Source: Limisphaerales bacterium
GTDB taxonomy: Bacteria; Verrucomicrobiota; Verrucomicrobiia; Limisphaerales; SIBE01
Assembly (NCBI GenBank): GCA_044225505.1
Contig: JBGAIN010000009.1
Span: forward strand, 18,592 to 82,591
Reading direction: 5' to 3'
DNA length: 64,000 nt
A program made the translations under genes and the position numbers. Below are positions 1 to 12,219 of this stretch, one piece after another. Numbering within the stretch: the stretch's first letter is position 1; each line of letters begins with the position of its first letter. The notes beneath the pieces were generated by a model. It was not told where the DNA came from. It was given only the letters and a program-made list of their open reading frames with translations, and made no database searches.

Positions 1-195
1 GCTGACGACAAGAGGCGGGCTCGTATCAATTGCATCTCTCATCTGCTCAGCCAGATCCCTTACGACGACCTCACTCCTCGTCCGATCAAGCTGCCTCCGC
101 GCCCGGCTGAAAACGGCTATATCCGTTCGCCGATGAGCGATCAGACATTCGTTCCCGATTTCTTCACGAAGCGACCTCGCCCAGCCGCCGCGTAG
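1..195 (+). CDS. 3' end of an unidentified gene (partial, runs off the left edge)
   Basis: Frame 1 is open from base 1 for 64 codons to TAG at 193-195, with GC-rich third positions (...PRPAENGYIRSPMSDQTFVPDFFTKRPRPAAA*). No domain recognised. Confidence 0.3.
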   Translation, partial: ADDKRRARINCISHLLSQIPYDDLTPRPIKLPPRPAENGYIRSPMSDQTFVPDFFTKRPRPAAA

Positions 196-347
196 CCAGT
201 GTTTTCACGCCGCTGCGTTTGGCCTGAAAGGCAAGTAGCCTGAACGAATCGATTGAGTCCACTCACAGTAGCGGGACCATGGAATTCGTCGAGTCCGGCT
301 CTTTCAAAACACCTTGCGGATCCTTCAAAGGGTGGTAAACGGAAGCT

Positions 348-2294
348 GTGCACCTTAAGCTGGGTTTCTTCTCCATCCTGAATGGTATTAGTTTGTTTGC
401 GATTCTCACGAGTGACGTTCAGCCCAGCGGTGCCCAAACTCCCCGTCCGCAAGGCAGTGTTGTCGCATTTGGGAATCAAAAGCTCCCGGATGTTCCATGG
501 GCAGGGATCAAATCCGTTTCTGCAGGGTTCATGCATACGGTGGCCCTCACCTCGAACGGATGCATTATGGCTTGGGGTGACAATCGAGCCAGCCAGTGTG
601 TGCCACCGGCGGGCAGCAACTTTATCGCGATCGCCGCTAACCCGTTGTTCAGCTTTAGCCCTGGCGCGAATCTAGCCCTGAGGTCGGATGGGTCGCTCGT
701 AGCGTGGGGAGATTCGGCTGGTGCAACTCCCGCTGGAAATGATTTCATTGCCATTGCGGCGGGTGTCAGGCACAGCCTCGCGCTCAGATCGGACGGCTCC
801 ATTGTGCAATGGGGAAGCGATACAAACGGGCCGGCGCCGCCGAGTGAAAAAGGCTTCGTCGCGATCGCGGCAGGGTCAACACATAACTCGGCGCTGCGTG
901 CGGACGGCTCGATTGTCGGGTGGGGAACCAACCCAACCCTGAGCACACCACCGGTGGGAAACGACTTCATTGCGATCGCGGCGGGGAATCAGCACAGTCT
1001 CGCCTTGAAAGCCGATGGGACGGTTGTGGCATGGGGACTTAACAGATACGGCGAAGCATCTCCACCGAGTGACAAAAGGTTTGTGGCGATCGCGGCAGGC
1101 TGGAATATCAGCGTGGGCCTGGAGGCAGACGGTTCCATCGTGGAATGGGGATGGAAACTGAATGCCGCGATGACGCCCCCGCCCAGTCACGATTTCAAGG
1201 GCGTCTCTGCTGGGGGCGAACATTGCGTGGCGTTGAAGCTAGATGGAACGGTCGTCGGGTGGGGTGGTAACGACTTTGGCCAAGCGACTTACCCGGTCGG
1301 CGACAATTTCGTGGCGCTCAGTTGTGCCGCAGATTCCGTCGAAGTGGGTCGGGACTATACCAGCTATCGTTATCATAACTTGGCCTTAAGGGCCGATGGG
1401 ACGATTGTCGCATGGGGGAATAATCAGTTCGGTCAGTCCAGTCCGCCGACAGGGAAGAATTTCATCGCCATTGCCGCGGGCCTTAACCATAGCCTGGCGT
1501 TGACCCAAGAGGGCAGCGTCGTGGCGTGGGGAAACAACCAGTACGGACAAACGAACAGTCCTGCCGATCGAGATTTCGTCGCTATTGCGGCAGGAGCGAA
1601 TCACAGTTTAGCGTTAAGAGCGGACGGAACGGTCATGGGCTGGGGACAGAATGCTTTCAGTCAAGCCACCCCGCCAACCAACGGTGTTTTCAGAGCCATC
1701 GCAGCGAGAGGAGAGCACAGTGTGGGTCTAAGGCCAGACGGATCCATTTCCGTCTGGGGAAAAGGTTGGAGTCTGACGCCCCCAATGGGAAACGACTTTG
1801 TGGCGATCGCGGCTGGAACTTACATTGATGGCGCCTTGCGGTCCGACGGTTCGGTTGCGGGCTGGGGATACGGGTGGGAAGTCAAGTCATTCCCTCCAGT
1901 CGGGAATGACATTGTCGCACTTTCGTCAGGTCAGTTTCAAGGTGCGGCGCTGAAAGCGGACGGATCGATCGTGACGTGGGGATTCAACCCCGAGGTGATC
2001 CAGCCCCCTCTCGGCCAGGGTTATTTCGCGGTCGCGAGCGGAGTGGCGCATGGATTGGCGTTGCGAGCTCCCGCCGGTGCGGTTTTGAGCGAGGCGCATT
2101 ATGGGACTTCGGGCGGGTTTACATTCACCCTTAATGGCCAGGCAGGCGAGAGATTTGAGATCAGGAAGTCATCCGATTTGATAACATGGACGTCTGTGAC
2201 CAACGGACAGCTCAATGCCACGTCCATTTCGATCTACGAAGAAACGCGGCCTGAGATCCAGCAACAGTTCTATCGTGCGATTTCTCACCCCTAG
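348..2294 (+). CDS. Secreted RCC1-repeat (beta-propeller) protein with a C-terminal ...FYR module
   Basis: 648-aa ORF with a GTG start and a hydrophobic N-terminus. It has about a dozen ~50-aa repeats of the RCC1 type (HSLALxxDGxVVAWGxNxxGQ). The C-terminus reads ...SSDLITWTSV...QQQFYRAISHP. Confidence 0.85.
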   Translation: MHLKLGFFSILNGISLFAILTSDVQPSGAQTPRPQGSVVAFGNQKLPDVPWAGIKSVSAGFMHTVALTSNGCIMAWGDNRASQCVPPAGSNFIAIAANPLFSFSPGANLALRSDGSLVAWGDSAGATPAGNDFIAIAAGVRHSLALRSDGSIVQWGSDTNGPAPPSEKGFVAIAAGSTHNSALRADGSIVGWGTNPTLSTPPVGNDFIAIAAGNQHSLALKADGTVVAWGLNRYGEASPPSDKRFVAIAAGWNISVGLEADGSIVEWGWKLNAAMTPPPSHDFKGVSAGGEHCVALKLDGTVVGWGGNDFGQATYPVGDNFVALSCAADSVEVGRDYTSYRYHNLALRADGTIVAWGNNQFGQSSPPTGKNFIAIAAGLNHSLALTQEGSVVAWGNNQYGQTNSPADRDFVAIAAGANHSLALRADGTVMGWGQNAFSQATPPTNGVFRAIAARGEHSVGLRPDGSISVWGKGWSLTPPMGNDFVAIAAGTYIDGALRSDGSVAGWGYGWEVKSFPPVGNDIVALSSGQFQGAALKADGSIVTWGFNPEVIQPPLGQGYFAVASGVAHGLALRAPAGAVLSEAHYGTSGGFTFTLNGQAGERFEIRKSSDLITWTSVTNGQLNATSISIYEETRPEIQQQFYRAISHP

Positions 2295-2344
2295 CAAAGT
2301 TTTGAAGTACCGCTGCCGATGCTCGGAGTGTGATTCGCGCGTCT

Positions 2345-5300
2345 TTAGTCGCTGGCCAGGAGCGATGTGTCAAAGCCGCCACCGAGCGCCTTGATCAGTT
2401 GCACGGTGGACGTCATTTGTTGCATCCGCAGATTCAAAGCCGTGCGCTGATTCGTCAAGAGTGTGGTTTGAGCGGTGATGACGTTGAGATAACTGTCGAT
2501 GCCCAGCGTATAGCGGTCGTTGGCCAAGTTTAAATAGCGTTGAGAGGAGGCAACGGCGGCGTCTTGTTGCTCGATTTCAACTGAAAGGAGGCGCAACGTG
2601 GAGAGATTGTCCTCCACCTCTTGAAACGCGGTGAGCACTGTCTGCCGATACTGTGCGATCACTCCCTGATAGCTGGCCCACGCTTGCTCCGTGACAGCCT
2701 TCCGCCGGCCCGCATCGAAAACCGTTTGAGCGAAGCTGGCTCCTATTGCCCAGAATAGACTCGGTCCGCTAATTAGATTGCCCAACGAGGTGCTTTGATA
2801 TCCCGCCGACCCACTCAGCGAGATCGTCGGAAAGTAGGCCGCCCGCGCGACTCCGATCCGCGCATTAGCCTCGGCCGCCCGTCGCTCCGCCGCGGCCACG
2901 TCCGGACGTCGTTCTAACAAGCGCGACGGCATTTCCAACGGGACCGCCATGGGCTGCGCTGTCCAGGGTTCCGGCACGAGCGAGAAGGTCGACGCGGGTA
3001 GGCCCAGGAGCGCAGCGATCGCATGCTCGAGTTGGGCGCGTTGTATCCCAAGGTCCGTTGCTTGCGCGAGGGTGCTGTTGAGTTGCGTCTCAGCCTGCGC
3101 CACGTCCTGGTCAGATCCAATGCCAGTCTGGTGTCGAACACGGTTTAACCGGAGTGATTCCCGATAGGCCACGACGGCGGAATCAAGGAGCTGCTTTTGG
3201 GCATCCAGAGCGCGGATTTGGAAGTAGTCCGCCGCCATTTCGGCCTGAGCGCTCAACCGGACGTTCTCCAGATCGGCGCGAGTTGCTTCTGCTTCCAGTC
3301 GATCCGCGTGCACGGAGTTTCGAATTCGTCCCCAGAGATCCAATTCCCATTGTAAATCTGCCGGGACCGAGTAGTCGGTGAAAGTGATGGCGGAACCGGT
3401 CGATCCTGTGGACGCCCCGGAGGTGTTGCGAAGTGGGCCCTGACGCGATCGAGTGACGGAAGGGCTGGCACGCACAATTGGAATCAGGTCGGCTCGGGCC
3501 TGTTTCACAATCGCCCGGGCTGCCCACAGATTGGCAAACGCAATGGCCAATGACTGATTGGAAGCGCTCACCCGTTCTTCGAGCGCATTAAGATCCGGCC
3601 GGCCAAAGTGCTCCCACCAATTGCCGCGAAGCGCCCCTTCACTCGGCTCGGCGGTTTTCCAGCCGGCGGTTTGGGCTGCCTGTTCGGGGGTGAGTTCTTT
3701 GAAGGCCTTGGGTGTTGGGGACGACGGTCTCGAGTAATTGGGAGCAAAATTACATCCGGAGAGGGTGGCGACAGCCGCGAGCAGCAGGATTCCCCTCGCG
3801 GCGGCTAGAGTTAACCCGGAATGTGAACCGCTGCGAAATTGTTTCCACCACGCGCGCAGGCGGTCCAGGTAAAGATAGACGATGGGAGTCGTGTAGAGGG
3901 TGAGGGCTTGACTCATAATGAGTCCACCAACGATCGCGATGCCGAGCGGTCGTCGGAGTTCCGATCCTGTGCCGTGGCTCCAGACGAGCGGGAGCGCGCC
4001 GAAGAGGGCCGACGTCGTGGTCATGAGAATGGGACGAAACCGCAGAACACAGGCTTTGAAGATCGCGTCGGACGAAGTCAGGCCTTCATCGCGTTCTGCG
4101 GCGAGTGCGAAATCGACCATCATGATGGCGTTCTTCTTTACAATGCCGATGAGCAAGAGCAGGCCAATAATGGCCATGACACTCAAATCAGTGTTGAACA
4201 GGAGCAAGGCCAGGACCGCGCCGACTCCAGCCGAAGGCAACGTGGAAAGAATCGTGATGGGATGGATCAGACTTTCGTAAAGGATTCCCAAAACGATGTA
4301 GACGGCCGCTAACGCTGCCAGGATGAGCAAGGGTTGACTGGAGAGGGACTGTTGAAATGCTTGCAGCGTTCCGGAGAATCGGCCGTGAATTCGACCGGGC
4401 AACCCTATCCTTTGTTCCATTTCCTGAATGATCCGCACGGCGTCGCTCAGAGCGACACCCGGTCCTAAATTGAAGGACAAGGTCAACGCCGGGAACTGGC
4501 CTTGATGATTGACTCCGATCGGGGCGGTGGTCACTTTGGACTGGGCAATCGCGTTTAACGGAATGACGCGGTTGCTGTTGGTTGGGCGCAAATAAACGGT
4601 GTCCAGCCCTGCCGGGCTTCCCCAGAACCTCGGATCGACCTCCATGACAACGTGATATTGGTTGAGTGAGCGATACATCGTTGAAACCTGGCGCTGGCCA
4701 AACGCGTCGTAGAGCGTGTTGTCGATCAGGGCGGGCGAGATTCCAAGCCTGGCCGCAGTCGCGCGGTCGTAAAGCAGCGATGCTTGAAGGCCATTGTTCT
4801 GCTGATCCGAGTTGACGTCGAAAAACCCCGGCAGCTTGCGCATCTCGGCCAACAGAATGGGCCCCCATTGGACGAGATCTTCCAGAGTGTCGCTCTGGAC
4901 CGTGTACTGAAACTGAGCATTGCTTTGGCGGCCGCCGATGCGCAAATCCTGGCCCGCTTGCAGGAACGCGGTTGCGCCCGAGACGCGCGCCAGTTTGGGC
5001 CGGAGACGGGCGATGACCTGATCCGCGCGAACCCTACGTTCCTGGAGCGGTTTTAGCGCCAGGTAAAGGAAACCGCTGTTGGCGGCGCCGAAGCCGCCCG
5101 TAAAGGCCGTGACACTTTCGACCGCTGGATCCGCTTTGATGAGTTCTACAAAACGACGTGCCGCCGTTTGCATCGCGATGAAGGAGGCGTCCTGCGCGCC
5201 CTGCAGACCGCCAAAGATCGTGCCATTATCTTGCTGGGGGAAGAATCCCTTGGGCACCATGGCGAAGAGAAACAAATTCAACCCAATCGTCAGGACGAGG

Positions 5301-6898
5301 ACAGTGAGGGTGATGGCGGGGTGTCGCAGGACGACGCGCAGACTCCGCTCATAAGCTTCGAGCACGCGATTGAAGAGCTGTTCGCTCCATCGATGAATCG
5401 TTCCATTCCTGTTGCGGGGTTCTGCGCGCAGCAGCCGAGAACACATCATCGGTGTCGTGGTCAGGGAAACGACGAGAGAAACCAAAATAGCTGTGGAAAG
5501 GACCACGGCAAACTCGCGGAACAACCGTCCCACGATGCCTCCCATAAGCAGCAGAGGCAGGAAGACAGCCACCAGGGAGATGCTGATGGAAATCACGGTG
5601 AAACCGACTTCGCGCGCACCCCGGAGTGCTGCGGCTCTTGGCGACAGGCCTGCCTCGAGATGACGGGAGACATTCTCCATCACAACAATGGCATCATCCA
5701 CAACGAAGCCGGTGGAGATGGTCAAGGCCATGAGGGACAGATTGTCCAGACTGTAATGGCAAAGATACATCACTCCAAAGGTGGCGATCAAAGAAACGGG
5801 AACCACCACCGCCGGAATCAGTGTCGCCCTGGCGTTGCCCAGAAAGATGAAGACGACCAGAATCACAAGCATCACGGCGATCATCAAGGTCCGTTCGATC
5901 TCTACCACCGAGGCGCGCACGGTCGTGGACCTGTCCAAGACGATTTGCAGGCGGATGGCCGCGGGCAGTGAAGCTTTCAGCGAGGGGACCGCCGCCTTGA
6001 TCCGATCCACGGTCTCAATGATATTTGCGCCCGGTTGGCGGAAGACGATCATCGGAATGCTGGGCTTTCCATCTAAAAAGCCGGCGACTCGGATGTTTTC
6101 CACTCCATCCGTGAGGGTGGCGACGTCTTCCAATCGCACCGCCGCGCCCTGGCGAAAAGCCACGATCAACGGCCGATAATCGCTTGCTTTCAGCAGTTGA
6201 TCATTAGCGGCAATGTCTGCGGTGGTTTCACCGTCGCTCAATTGGCCCTTGGGCAGATTCGCATTTTGCCGGCTTAGCATGAGGCGGACGTCCTCCAAGC
6301 CGAGCCCAAAACTATTCAAGCGGGCCGGATCCACGTCGACGCGCACCGCGGGCAACGCGCCGCCCCCCACGTTCACTTGCCCGACGCCTTGGATTTGCAG
6401 GAGCCGTTGTTGCACAATGGTCGATGCCGCGTCGTAGACCTGGCCGCGATCGTAAACATCCGACGTCAGGGCCAGGATCATGATCGGTGCGTCGGCCGGG
6501 TTGACCTTGCGGTAAGTGGGATTGTTCGGCAGGGAGGCCGGGAGATTCGCCCGCGCGGCGTTGATGGCGGCCTGAACATCGCGCGCTGCCCCGTCGATAT
6601 TACGACTCAAATCAAACTGGAGAGTAACCGCAGTCGATCCGAGAAAGCTGGCGGAGGTCATTTCGTTGACTCCAGCAATGTGGCCGAGTTCTCGCTCCAG
6701 CGGAGCGGCCACGGACGATGCCATAATTTCCGGGCTGGCTCCGGGCAGCGCGGCACCAACGGTGATGGTGGGAAAGTCGACTTGTGGCAACGGAGCGACA
6801 GGCAATTGCAGATAGGCTACCGCTCCGGCCAGGGCAATCGCGGCTGTGAGCAAGGAGGTAGCAACCGGCCGCCGAATGAATGGAGCGGAAATGTTCAT
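2345..6898 (-). CDS. mdtC: MdtC-type RND permease fused in frame to a NodT/OprM-type outer-membrane factor lipoprotein
   Basis: The ATG at 6898-6896 overlaps the mdtB stop (ATGA). The N-terminal ~1,025 aa match MdtC blocks ([11 protein letters not shown]...[14 protein letters not shown]...[17 protein letters not shown]...). The same frame continues through [21 protein letters not shown] (lipobox) into ~469 aa of an outer-membrane efflux protein. The ORF-track start at 7153 is probably too far upstream. Confidence 0.8.
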   Translation of the reverse strand: MNISAPFIRRPVATSLLTAAIALAGAVAYLQLPVAPLPQVDFPTITVGAALPGASPEIMASSVAAPLERELGHIAGVNEMTSASFLGSTAVTLQFDLSRNIDGAARDVQAAINAARANLPASLPNNPTYRKVNPADAPIMILALTSDVYDRGQVYDAASTIVQQRLLQIQGVGQVNVGGGALPAVRVDVDPARLNSFGLGLEDVRLMLSRQNANLPKGQLSDGETTADIAANDQLLKASDYRPLIVAFRQGAAVRLEDVATLTDGVENIRVAGFLDGKPSIPMIVFRQPGANIIETVDRIKAAVPSLKASLPAAIRLQIVLDRSTTVRASVVEIERTLMIAVMLVILVVFIFLGNARATLIPAVVVPVSLIATFGVMYLCHYSLDNLSLMALTISTGFVVDDAIVVMENVSRHLEAGLSPRAAALRGAREVGFTVISISISLVAVFLPLLLMGGIVGRLFREFAVVLSTAILVSLVVSLTTTPMMCSRLLRAEPRNRNGTIHRWSEQLFNRVLEAYERSLRVVLRHPAITLTVLVLTIGLNLFLFAMVPKGFFPQQDNGTIFGGLQGAQDASFIAMQTAARRFVELIKADPAVESVTAFTGGFGAANSGFLYLALKPLQERRVRADQVIARLRPKLARVSGATAFLQAGQDLRIGGRQSNAQFQYTVQSDTLEDLVQWGPILLAEMRKLPGFFDVNSDQQNNGLQASLLYDRATAARLGISPALIDNTLYDAFGQRQVSTMYRSLNQYHVVMEVDPRFWGSPAGLDTVYLRPTNSNRVIPLNAIAQSKVTTAPIGVNHQGQFPALTLSFNLGPGVALSDAVRIIQEMEQRIGLPGRIHGRFSGTLQAFQQSLSSQPLLILAALAAVYIVLGILYESLIHPITILSTLPSAGVGAVLALLLFNTDLSVMAIIGLLLLIGIVKKNAIMMVDFALAAERDEGLTSSDAIFKACVLRFRPILMTTTSALFGALPLVWSHGTGSELRRPLGIAIVGGLIMSQALTLYTTPIVYLYLDRLRAWWKQFRSGSHSGLTLAAARGILLLAAVATLSGCNFAPNYSRPSSPTPKAFKELTPEQAAQTAGWKTAEPSEGALRGNWWEHFGRPDLNALEERVSASNQSLAIAFANLWAARAIVKQARADLIPIVRASPSVTRSRQGPLRNTSGASTGSTGSAITFTDYSVPADLQWELDLWGRIRNSVHADRLEAEATRADLENVRLSAQAEMAADYFQIRALDAQKQLLDSAVVAYRESLRLNRVRHQTGIGSDQDVAQAETQLNSTLAQATDLGIQRAQLEHAIAALLGLPASTFSLVPEPWTAQPMAVPLEMPSRLLERRPDVAAAERRAAEANARIGVARAAYFPTISLSGSAGYQSTSLGNLISGPSLFWAIGASFAQTVFDAGRRKAVTEQAWASYQGVIAQYRQTVLTAFQEVEDNLSTLRLLSVEIEQQDAAVASSQRYLNLANDRYTLGIDSYLNVITAQTTLLTNQRTALNLRMQQMTSTVQLIKALGGGFDTSLLASD

Positions 6899-9800
6899 TC
6901 GGTGACCGGCTCCGGTTCGTCCGGTTGCTCGATCGGTTGGCGAGCGAACCGTTGACTCAAACGTTCGAACCAAAGATAGATGACCGGTGTTGTATAAAGG
7001 GTTAACACCTGGCTGACGAGCAGCCCTCCCACAATCGCGATGCCGAGTGGTTTTCGAAGTTCCGAGCCGACACCATTGCCAAGAGCCAGAGGCAAACCAC
7101 CGAGCAGGGCGGCGAATGTGGTCATCATGATCGGACGAAAGCGCAACAGGCACGCTTGATAGATGGCTTGCTCAGGGCTCTTACGTTCCTCGCGCTCCGC
7201 TTCCAAGGCAAAGTCGATCATCATGATGGCGTTCTTTTTCACGATCCCTATAAGCAAAATGATGCCGATCAAGGCCACCACTCCGAGTTCGGTTCCGCAC
7301 AGCCATAAGGCGAGAATGGCGCCAACACCTGCGGAAGGGAGAGTGGATAAGATCGTGATGGGATGGATGTAGCTCTCGTAGAGCACGCCTAAAACGATGT
7401 AAACCGCCACGATGGCCGCAAGGATCAGCCACGGTTCATTCGCCAGGGAAGCCTGAAACGCCTCGGCTGACCCTTCGAATGAAGCTTGAACACTTAAGGG
7501 CATTCCAATCTCTTTCTGCGCGCGTTCGATGGCAGCCGTGGCCTGGCCCAAAGCGGTGTCCGGAGCGAGGTTGAACGAGATCGTGACACACGGAAATTGG
7601 CCCTGATGATTAATGGCCAGCGGCGCCGTTCCCATTTCAAAGTGTGTCAACTCGCTTAAAGGCACAGCTCCGCCGCTGACGGAACGCACGTAGATATCAT
7701 TCAGTTTGGAGGGATTTCTTTGAAAGGCAGGGAGCGCTTCCAAGACAACGTGATACTGATTGAGTTGAGTAAAAAGTGTCGAAATCTGACGCTGGCCAAA
7801 CGCATCGTAAAGCGCATCGTCGATGGCTTGCGGAGTAATCCCCAAACGTGAAGCGGTCACTCGATCAATCACAAGCATCGCCTGTCCGCCACTCAATTGT
7901 TGGTCCGTCGCCACGTCCTGCAATTCGGGTAGAGTCCGGAACTTGGCTACGAGCCGCTGGGTCCATACGTCGAGTTCCTCAGGATTGGCGTCCTGGAGGG
8001 TGAATTGATACTGCGTCCGGCTAATGCGATCCTCCACGGTCAAATCCTGGACCGGCTGCATATGTAGGGTAATGCCTTCGACCTTGGCGAGTTCCGGTTG
8101 CAAGCGCCGCATGATTTCGGTCGCTCGAACCTTCCGCACGGCGAGCGGCTTAAGATTGATCAGAATGCGACCACTGTTCAGGGTGGTGTTGATCCCATCC
8201 GCTCCGATGAACGATGATAAACTTTCAACGGCAGGGTCCTGTAAAACCACCCGCGCCAGGGCTTGCTGGCGCTCCGCCATCGCGGCGAATGAAATGTTCT
8301 GCGCCGCCTCGGAGATCCCCTGGATGACACCTGTATCCTGGACGGGGAAGAAGCCTTTCGGCACCATGGCAAAGAGCAGGAACGTTAAAACCAGCATGGA
8401 AGCCGCGACCATCAGCGTGGCGACTTGCCGCTGCAAAACCCACTGCAGAGTGCGTCCGTAGTAACGGATGACGTTTTCAAACGCGCGCTCCGATGCTTGA
8501 TAGAGCCGCCCGGGTTTCTTGTTCGATTTCGGTTTGAGCAAGCGCGAGCACATCATCGGAGTGAGCGTCAACGAAACGATGGCCGACACAAGGATCGTGA
8601 CGCTCAACGTGACGGCGAACTCGCGGAATAGCCGTCCGACGATGTCGCCCATAAAGAGCAGGGGAATCAGGACGGCAATGAGCGAAACGGTCAGGGAGAT
8701 GATCGTGAACCCAATTTGCGCAGCCCCTTTCAAGGCGGCTTGCATGGGAGTTTCGCCGGCTTCTAGATATCGGAAAATGTTCTCAATCATCACGATCGCG
8801 TCATCGACGACGAACCCGGTCGAGATCGTCAATGCCATCAAAGTGAGATTGTTCAGACTGTAGCCCAAGAGGTACATCACCCCTAGAGTCCCGACGAGCG
8901 AAAGGGGAACCGCGACGCTTGGGATGATGGTTGCGGCAATATTGCGCAGAAACAAAAACATCGCCATCACTACGAGCGCAATCGTCAACAGGAGCGAGAA
9001 TTGCACGTCTTCTACCGAGGCGCGAATCGTCGTGGTCCGGTCCGTCAGGATGACCACGTCGATGGCGGCGGGCAGGCTCGCTTTCAGCTTCGGCAACAGT
9101 TGTTTGACCCGATCCACGACCTGAATAATGTTGGCGCCCGGTTGGCGTTGAACACTGAGAATGACCGCGGGAACCTCATTCATCCACGCCGCTAATTTCG
9201 TGTTCTCAACTCCGTCGATCACTTGCGCAACGTCAGAAAGGACCACGGGCGCTCCTTGTCGATAGGCCACTACCAGGGATTGGTAATCTTTGCTGCTGAG
9301 CATTTGGTCGTTCGCATTGATCTGGGAGGCTTGATACGCGCCATCCAAGTTCCCCTTGGCTTGATTCACACTCGCTTGCTGCAAGGTCGTGCGAAGATCC
9401 GCCAAGTTAAGTCCGTACGACGAAAGCAAAGCAGGATTCGCCTGAATCCGGACCGCCGGCTTTTGCCCCCCGCTCAGCGTGACCAGACCGACCCCGGGCA
9501 CTTGGGAGAGACGTTGAGCGAGGCGCGTTTCGGTAAAATCCTCGACTTGGGATAAAGGAAAGCCCTTCGACGAGATGGCCAAGGTTAAGATGGGAGCGTC
9601 GGCTGGGTTGGATTTGCTGTAAATGGGAGGCGCTGGAAGGCCGGCTGGCAGGTAGGTCTGCGCGGCATTGATGGCGGCCTGCACCTCCTGCTCCGCGACC
9701 TCTATATCGAGGTTTAGGGCGAATTGTAGAACGATGATTGAGCTCCCGCCTGAGCTGGTCGATGTCATCTGATTCAGACCGGGCAACTGTCCAAACTGCC

Positions 9801-10005
9801 GTTCCAAGGGTGCGGTAATGGCCGAGGCCGTGACCTCCGGGCTGGCACCAGGATAAAAGGTGACGATCTGGATGGTCGGATAGTCCACCTGCGGCAATGC
9901 CGACACGGGCAGTTGTTTGTAAGCGACGATCCCCGTGAGCACCAGTGCCAGCATGAGCAAGGAGGTGGCGACCGGCCGCAGAATGAATGGACGGGACGGA
10001 TTCAC
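6895..10005 (-). CDS. mdtB: RND multidrug efflux permease, MdtB type
   Basis: 1,036 aa with near-colinear similarity to E. coli MdtB ([12 protein letters not shown]...[15 protein letters not shown]...GASPEV...APLERQFGQ...). The GTG start overlaps the mdtA stop (GTGA). Confidence 0.9.
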   Translation of the reverse strand: MNPSRPFILRPVATSLLMLALVLTGIVAYKQLPVSALPQVDYPTIQIVTFYPGASPEVTASAITAPLERQFGQLPGLNQMTSTSSGGSSIIVLQFALNLDIEVAEQEVQAAINAAQTYLPAGLPAPPIYSKSNPADAPILTLAISSKGFPLSQVEDFTETRLAQRLSQVPGVGLVTLSGGQKPAVRIQANPALLSSYGLNLADLRTTLQQASVNQAKGNLDGAYQASQINANDQMLSSKDYQSLVVAYRQGAPVVLSDVAQVIDGVENTKLAAWMNEVPAVILSVQRQPGANIIQVVDRVKQLLPKLKASLPAAIDVVILTDRTTTIRASVEDVQFSLLLTIALVVMAMFLFLRNIAATIIPSVAVPLSLVGTLGVMYLLGYSLNNLTLMALTISTGFVVDDAIVMIENIFRYLEAGETPMQAALKGAAQIGFTIISLTVSLIAVLIPLLFMGDIVGRLFREFAVTLSVTILVSAIVSLTLTPMMCSRLLKPKSNKKPGRLYQASERAFENVIRYYGRTLQWVLQRQVATLMVAASMLVLTFLLFAMVPKGFFPVQDTGVIQGISEAAQNISFAAMAERQQALARVVLQDPAVESLSSFIGADGINTTLNSGRILINLKPLAVRKVRATEIMRRLQPELAKVEGITLHMQPVQDLTVEDRISRTQYQFTLQDANPEELDVWTQRLVAKFRTLPELQDVATDQQLSGGQAMLVIDRVTASRLGITPQAIDDALYDAFGQRQISTLFTQLNQYHVVLEALPAFQRNPSKLNDIYVRSVSGGAVPLSELTHFEMGTAPLAINHQGQFPCVTISFNLAPDTALGQATAAIERAQKEIGMPLSVQASFEGSAEAFQASLANEPWLILAAIVAVYIVLGVLYESYIHPITILSTLPSAGVGAILALWLCGTELGVVALIGIILLIGIVKKNAIMMIDFALEAEREERKSPEQAIYQACLLRFRPIMMTTFAALLGGLPLALGNGVGSELRKPLGIAIVGGLLVSQVLTLYTTPVIYLWFERLSQRFARQPIEQPDEPEPVTE

Positions 10006-11264
10006 AGCCCTTCACTGGCCTTGGCACTGGCAGCCTTCGGATCCAGAGTTTCGGAGCGCACGTTGACCTTTGCGCCCTCGGCCAAGCGGTTAAAATTGTC
10101 CGCTACAAGCTGACTTCCAGGAGGGATCCCATCGACCGCGGTGACTTTGCCGTCCGTGCTCTTGGTTTCGATCGGACGCATCGTGACCGCTTGATTCGTG
10201 TTGACGAGGTAAACAAACGCGCCTTGCGCATTGTGCTGGATGACCGGGTTCGGAACTAGAGTCACCCCGCGCAGCGTATCGACGAGCAAGCGGACGTTGA
10301 CGAACTGGTTTGGAAACAAGGACTCGTCGTCATTCGTATAAACGGCTTTCAGTTTCACCGTGCCGGTCGATGTATCAATCTGATTGTCGACGGTGGCGAG
10401 CGTCCCAGAGGCAATGACCTTTTGCTGTGTGCGATCCAACGCATCCGCGATCAGAGTTTTGCCAGCACGCAGCTGCGCTTGAACTTGTGGCAGAAAGTCT
10501 TGAGCGATGTTGAATACGACCGTGATTGGGTGGAGCTCTGTGATGACAACGAGCGGATTCGCGTCGCTCGCCCGAACAATGTTTCCCGCATCGACCAACC
10601 GCAATCCCACGCGACCGGAGATGGGCGCAACGATGTGGCAGTAGGCCAGTTGGACCTTGGCATTGGCAACGGAGCCCTGGTCCAGTTTCACGGTGCCTTC
10701 GTACTGATGGACCGTGGCGAGTTGGGTGTCGAGTTGCTGTTTGGGAATAGCGTTCTTCGCAAAAGCTTCCTGGTAGCGGCTCAGGTCCACGCGAGCGTTT
10801 TCCAGGAGTGCAGTATCGCGGGCTAACTGGCCTTCGGCTTGCGCCAGGCTCGCTTCGTAGGAAGAGGGATCAATTTCAACCAGGGGCTCGCCGGCGCGCA
10901 CCGTTTGCCCTTCCTGGTAGTGGACTTTGGTCAACTGTCCATCGACCCGGCTCTTGATGGCGACCGTATTCAGCGGCGTGACTGTTCCCAAGGCGTTCAC
11001 ATAGACTCCGAGATCCCCCTGGCGGCTCAAGACGGTGCGGATCGATACAGGCGGCGGACTGGAATTGGCCTTGGCTTTTGCCGAAGCGGCTCGGGCACGT
11101 TGTCGGAAGAGCAGGGTTCCACCCACAATGACCACCAAAATCAGGATCATCCAAGGCCAGATGTGCCAGTGCCTCGAGAACTTGGGAGGATTGGCCGATG
11201 ATTCTGCAGTCTCCCGGGTGCGTGGCCGCGACGCCGTAAGTTCAGACATGTTCAGATTCCCCAC
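10002..11264 (-). CDS. mdtA: RND efflux membrane-fusion (periplasmic adaptor) protein, MdtA type
   Basis: 420 aa with an N-terminal TM anchor and MdtA-like blocks (SRVDGQL...[21 protein letters not shown]...[16 protein letters not shown]...[15 protein letters not shown]). Confidence 0.9.
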   Translation of the reverse strand: MGNLNMSELTASRPRTRETAESSANPPKFSRHWHIWPWMILILVVIVGGTLLFRQRARAASAKAKANSSPPPVSIRTVLSRQGDLGVYVNALGTVTPLNTVAIKSRVDGQLTKVHYQEGQTVRAGEPLVEIDPSSYEASLAQAEGQLARDTALLENARVDLSRYQEAFAKNAIPKQQLDTQLATVHQYEGTVKLDQGSVANAKVQLAYCHIVAPISGRVGLRLVDAGNIVRASDANPLVVITELHPITVVFNIAQDFLPQVQAQLRAGKTLIADALDRTQQKVIASGTLATVDNQIDTSTGTVKLKAVYTNDDESLFPNQFVNVRLLVDTLRGVTLVPNPVIQHNAQGAFVYLVNTNQAVTMRPIETKSTDGKVTAVDGIPPGSQLVADNFNRLAEGAKVNVRSETLDPKAASAKASEGL

Positions 11265-11515
11265 CTTTGAGTTCGTCCGCGGCCGTTCGGCGAAAGCGAA
11301 TGCCGCCCTCCGAAACTTTCGCCCGGTTTGAACTGATGTCCACCGGCTTTCTTACTCGGGGAGAAGAGTGCGACAGCGCCAGGCGCAAGTGTCGCACCTG
11401 GATGGCAAACGCCTCCCATTCAAATCGACTGACAACGATGAACAGGGGCATGCGCCGGCCGGGGCCATCTCTTCGTGGAAACTTCATGGAACTCCAAGGT
11501 GTGGGAACGCGCCCT

Positions 11516-11956
11516 TCATGATTGGCCTTGGGCGCTTCCGTGGGCGTAATAGAAGTCCGTGGAACGGCCCGCCAGGCGGGCCAAGCGCACTTCCGCCGGT
11601 TCCTCGAGCAGTCTAGCAATCGTTTGCAGTAACTTCGGAAAGTCGAGCGGCTTTTCGAGCAAGGCTCCGACACCCGAGCCCAACGCCGTGAACAGTTGAT
11701 TGGAGCGGGCCGTGACAATGATCACGCTCAGAAACGGATCGCGCGACGTCAGCCTCTCGAACGTATCCCACCCGCTTTTGTCAGGCAGGTTGAGGTCCAG
11801 CAATACCAGCTCAATCTTTGATGCCTCGGCAATTTCAATGGCAGCTGTCCCTGTCGCCGCTGCCCAAACGTTATACCCTTCACCCACGAGGACGCGCGTG
11901 AGCATCTCGCGAACGGAAGAGTCATCATCAACGACTAAGATTCGGTGTTTTGCCAT
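11516..11956 (-). CDS. Single-domain CheY-like response regulator receiver
   Basis: MAKHRILVVDDDSSVREML...LVLLDLNLPDKSGWD is a REC domain with no output domain. The ATG at 11956 is preferred over the ORF-track start at 11998. Confidence 0.8.
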   Translation of the reverse strand: MAKHRILVVDDDSSVREMLTRVLVGEGYNVWAAATGTAAIEIAEASKIELVLLDLNLPDKSGWDTFERLTSRDPFLSVIIVTARSNQLFTALGSGVGALLEKPLDFPKLLQTIARLLEEPAEVRLARLAGRSTDFYYAHGSAQGQS

Positions 11957-11986
11957 ACGGGGTGTTAATGTCCGAAGAACTGGGGA

Positions 11987-12002
11987 AGCGGCTAACATGC
12001 CA
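11987..12002 (-). promoter_or_regulatory. Candidate sigma-54 promoter (weak -12 element)
   Basis: The minus strand reads TGGCAT-GTTAG-CCGCT. GG and GC have the canonical spacing, and the motif lies ~30 nt upstream of the CheY-like ATG. Confidence 0.3.
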
Positions 12003-12077
12003 ACGCGGTCGAGGACGAGTTTACGGGCTTATGCCGATAAAATGCGTCTGGGTAACAGGTGCGCCAGGGCCGAGCCG

Positions 12078-12096
12078 CTGCATAGCGGCTATGCAG
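12078..12096. promoter_or_regulatory. Perfect 9+1+9 palindrome, candidate enhancer/operator site
   Basis: CTGCATAGC-G-GCTATGCAG sits in the divergent region between the CheY-like/mdt genes and the NtrB/NtrC-type pair. Confidence 0.3.
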
Positions 12097-12219
12097 AGAT
12101 GCATAATGATTGAGCAGTGCTACTTTGCGTTCCGCCGCCGCGTGTTGTCCTGGGGCTGAATTGTCGCGGGTTTTCGGGGTGCATTAGCCACCGACCCCAA
12201 GGAAGCTTTCGCACACTTT

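Noticed and set aside
5168-5971. 267-aa plus-strand ORF, plus many 60-190-aa ORFs between 2330 and 11200
   Set aside because: All are antisense to, or out of frame with, the mdtA/B/C genes, which match E. coli proteins colinearly.
11369-11398. Inverted repeat GTGCGACA-N14-TGTCGCAC between the CheY-like gene and mdtA
   Set aside because: It has short 8-bp arms, a long loop and no U-tract. It could be an operator or a weak terminator, but the evidence is insufficient.
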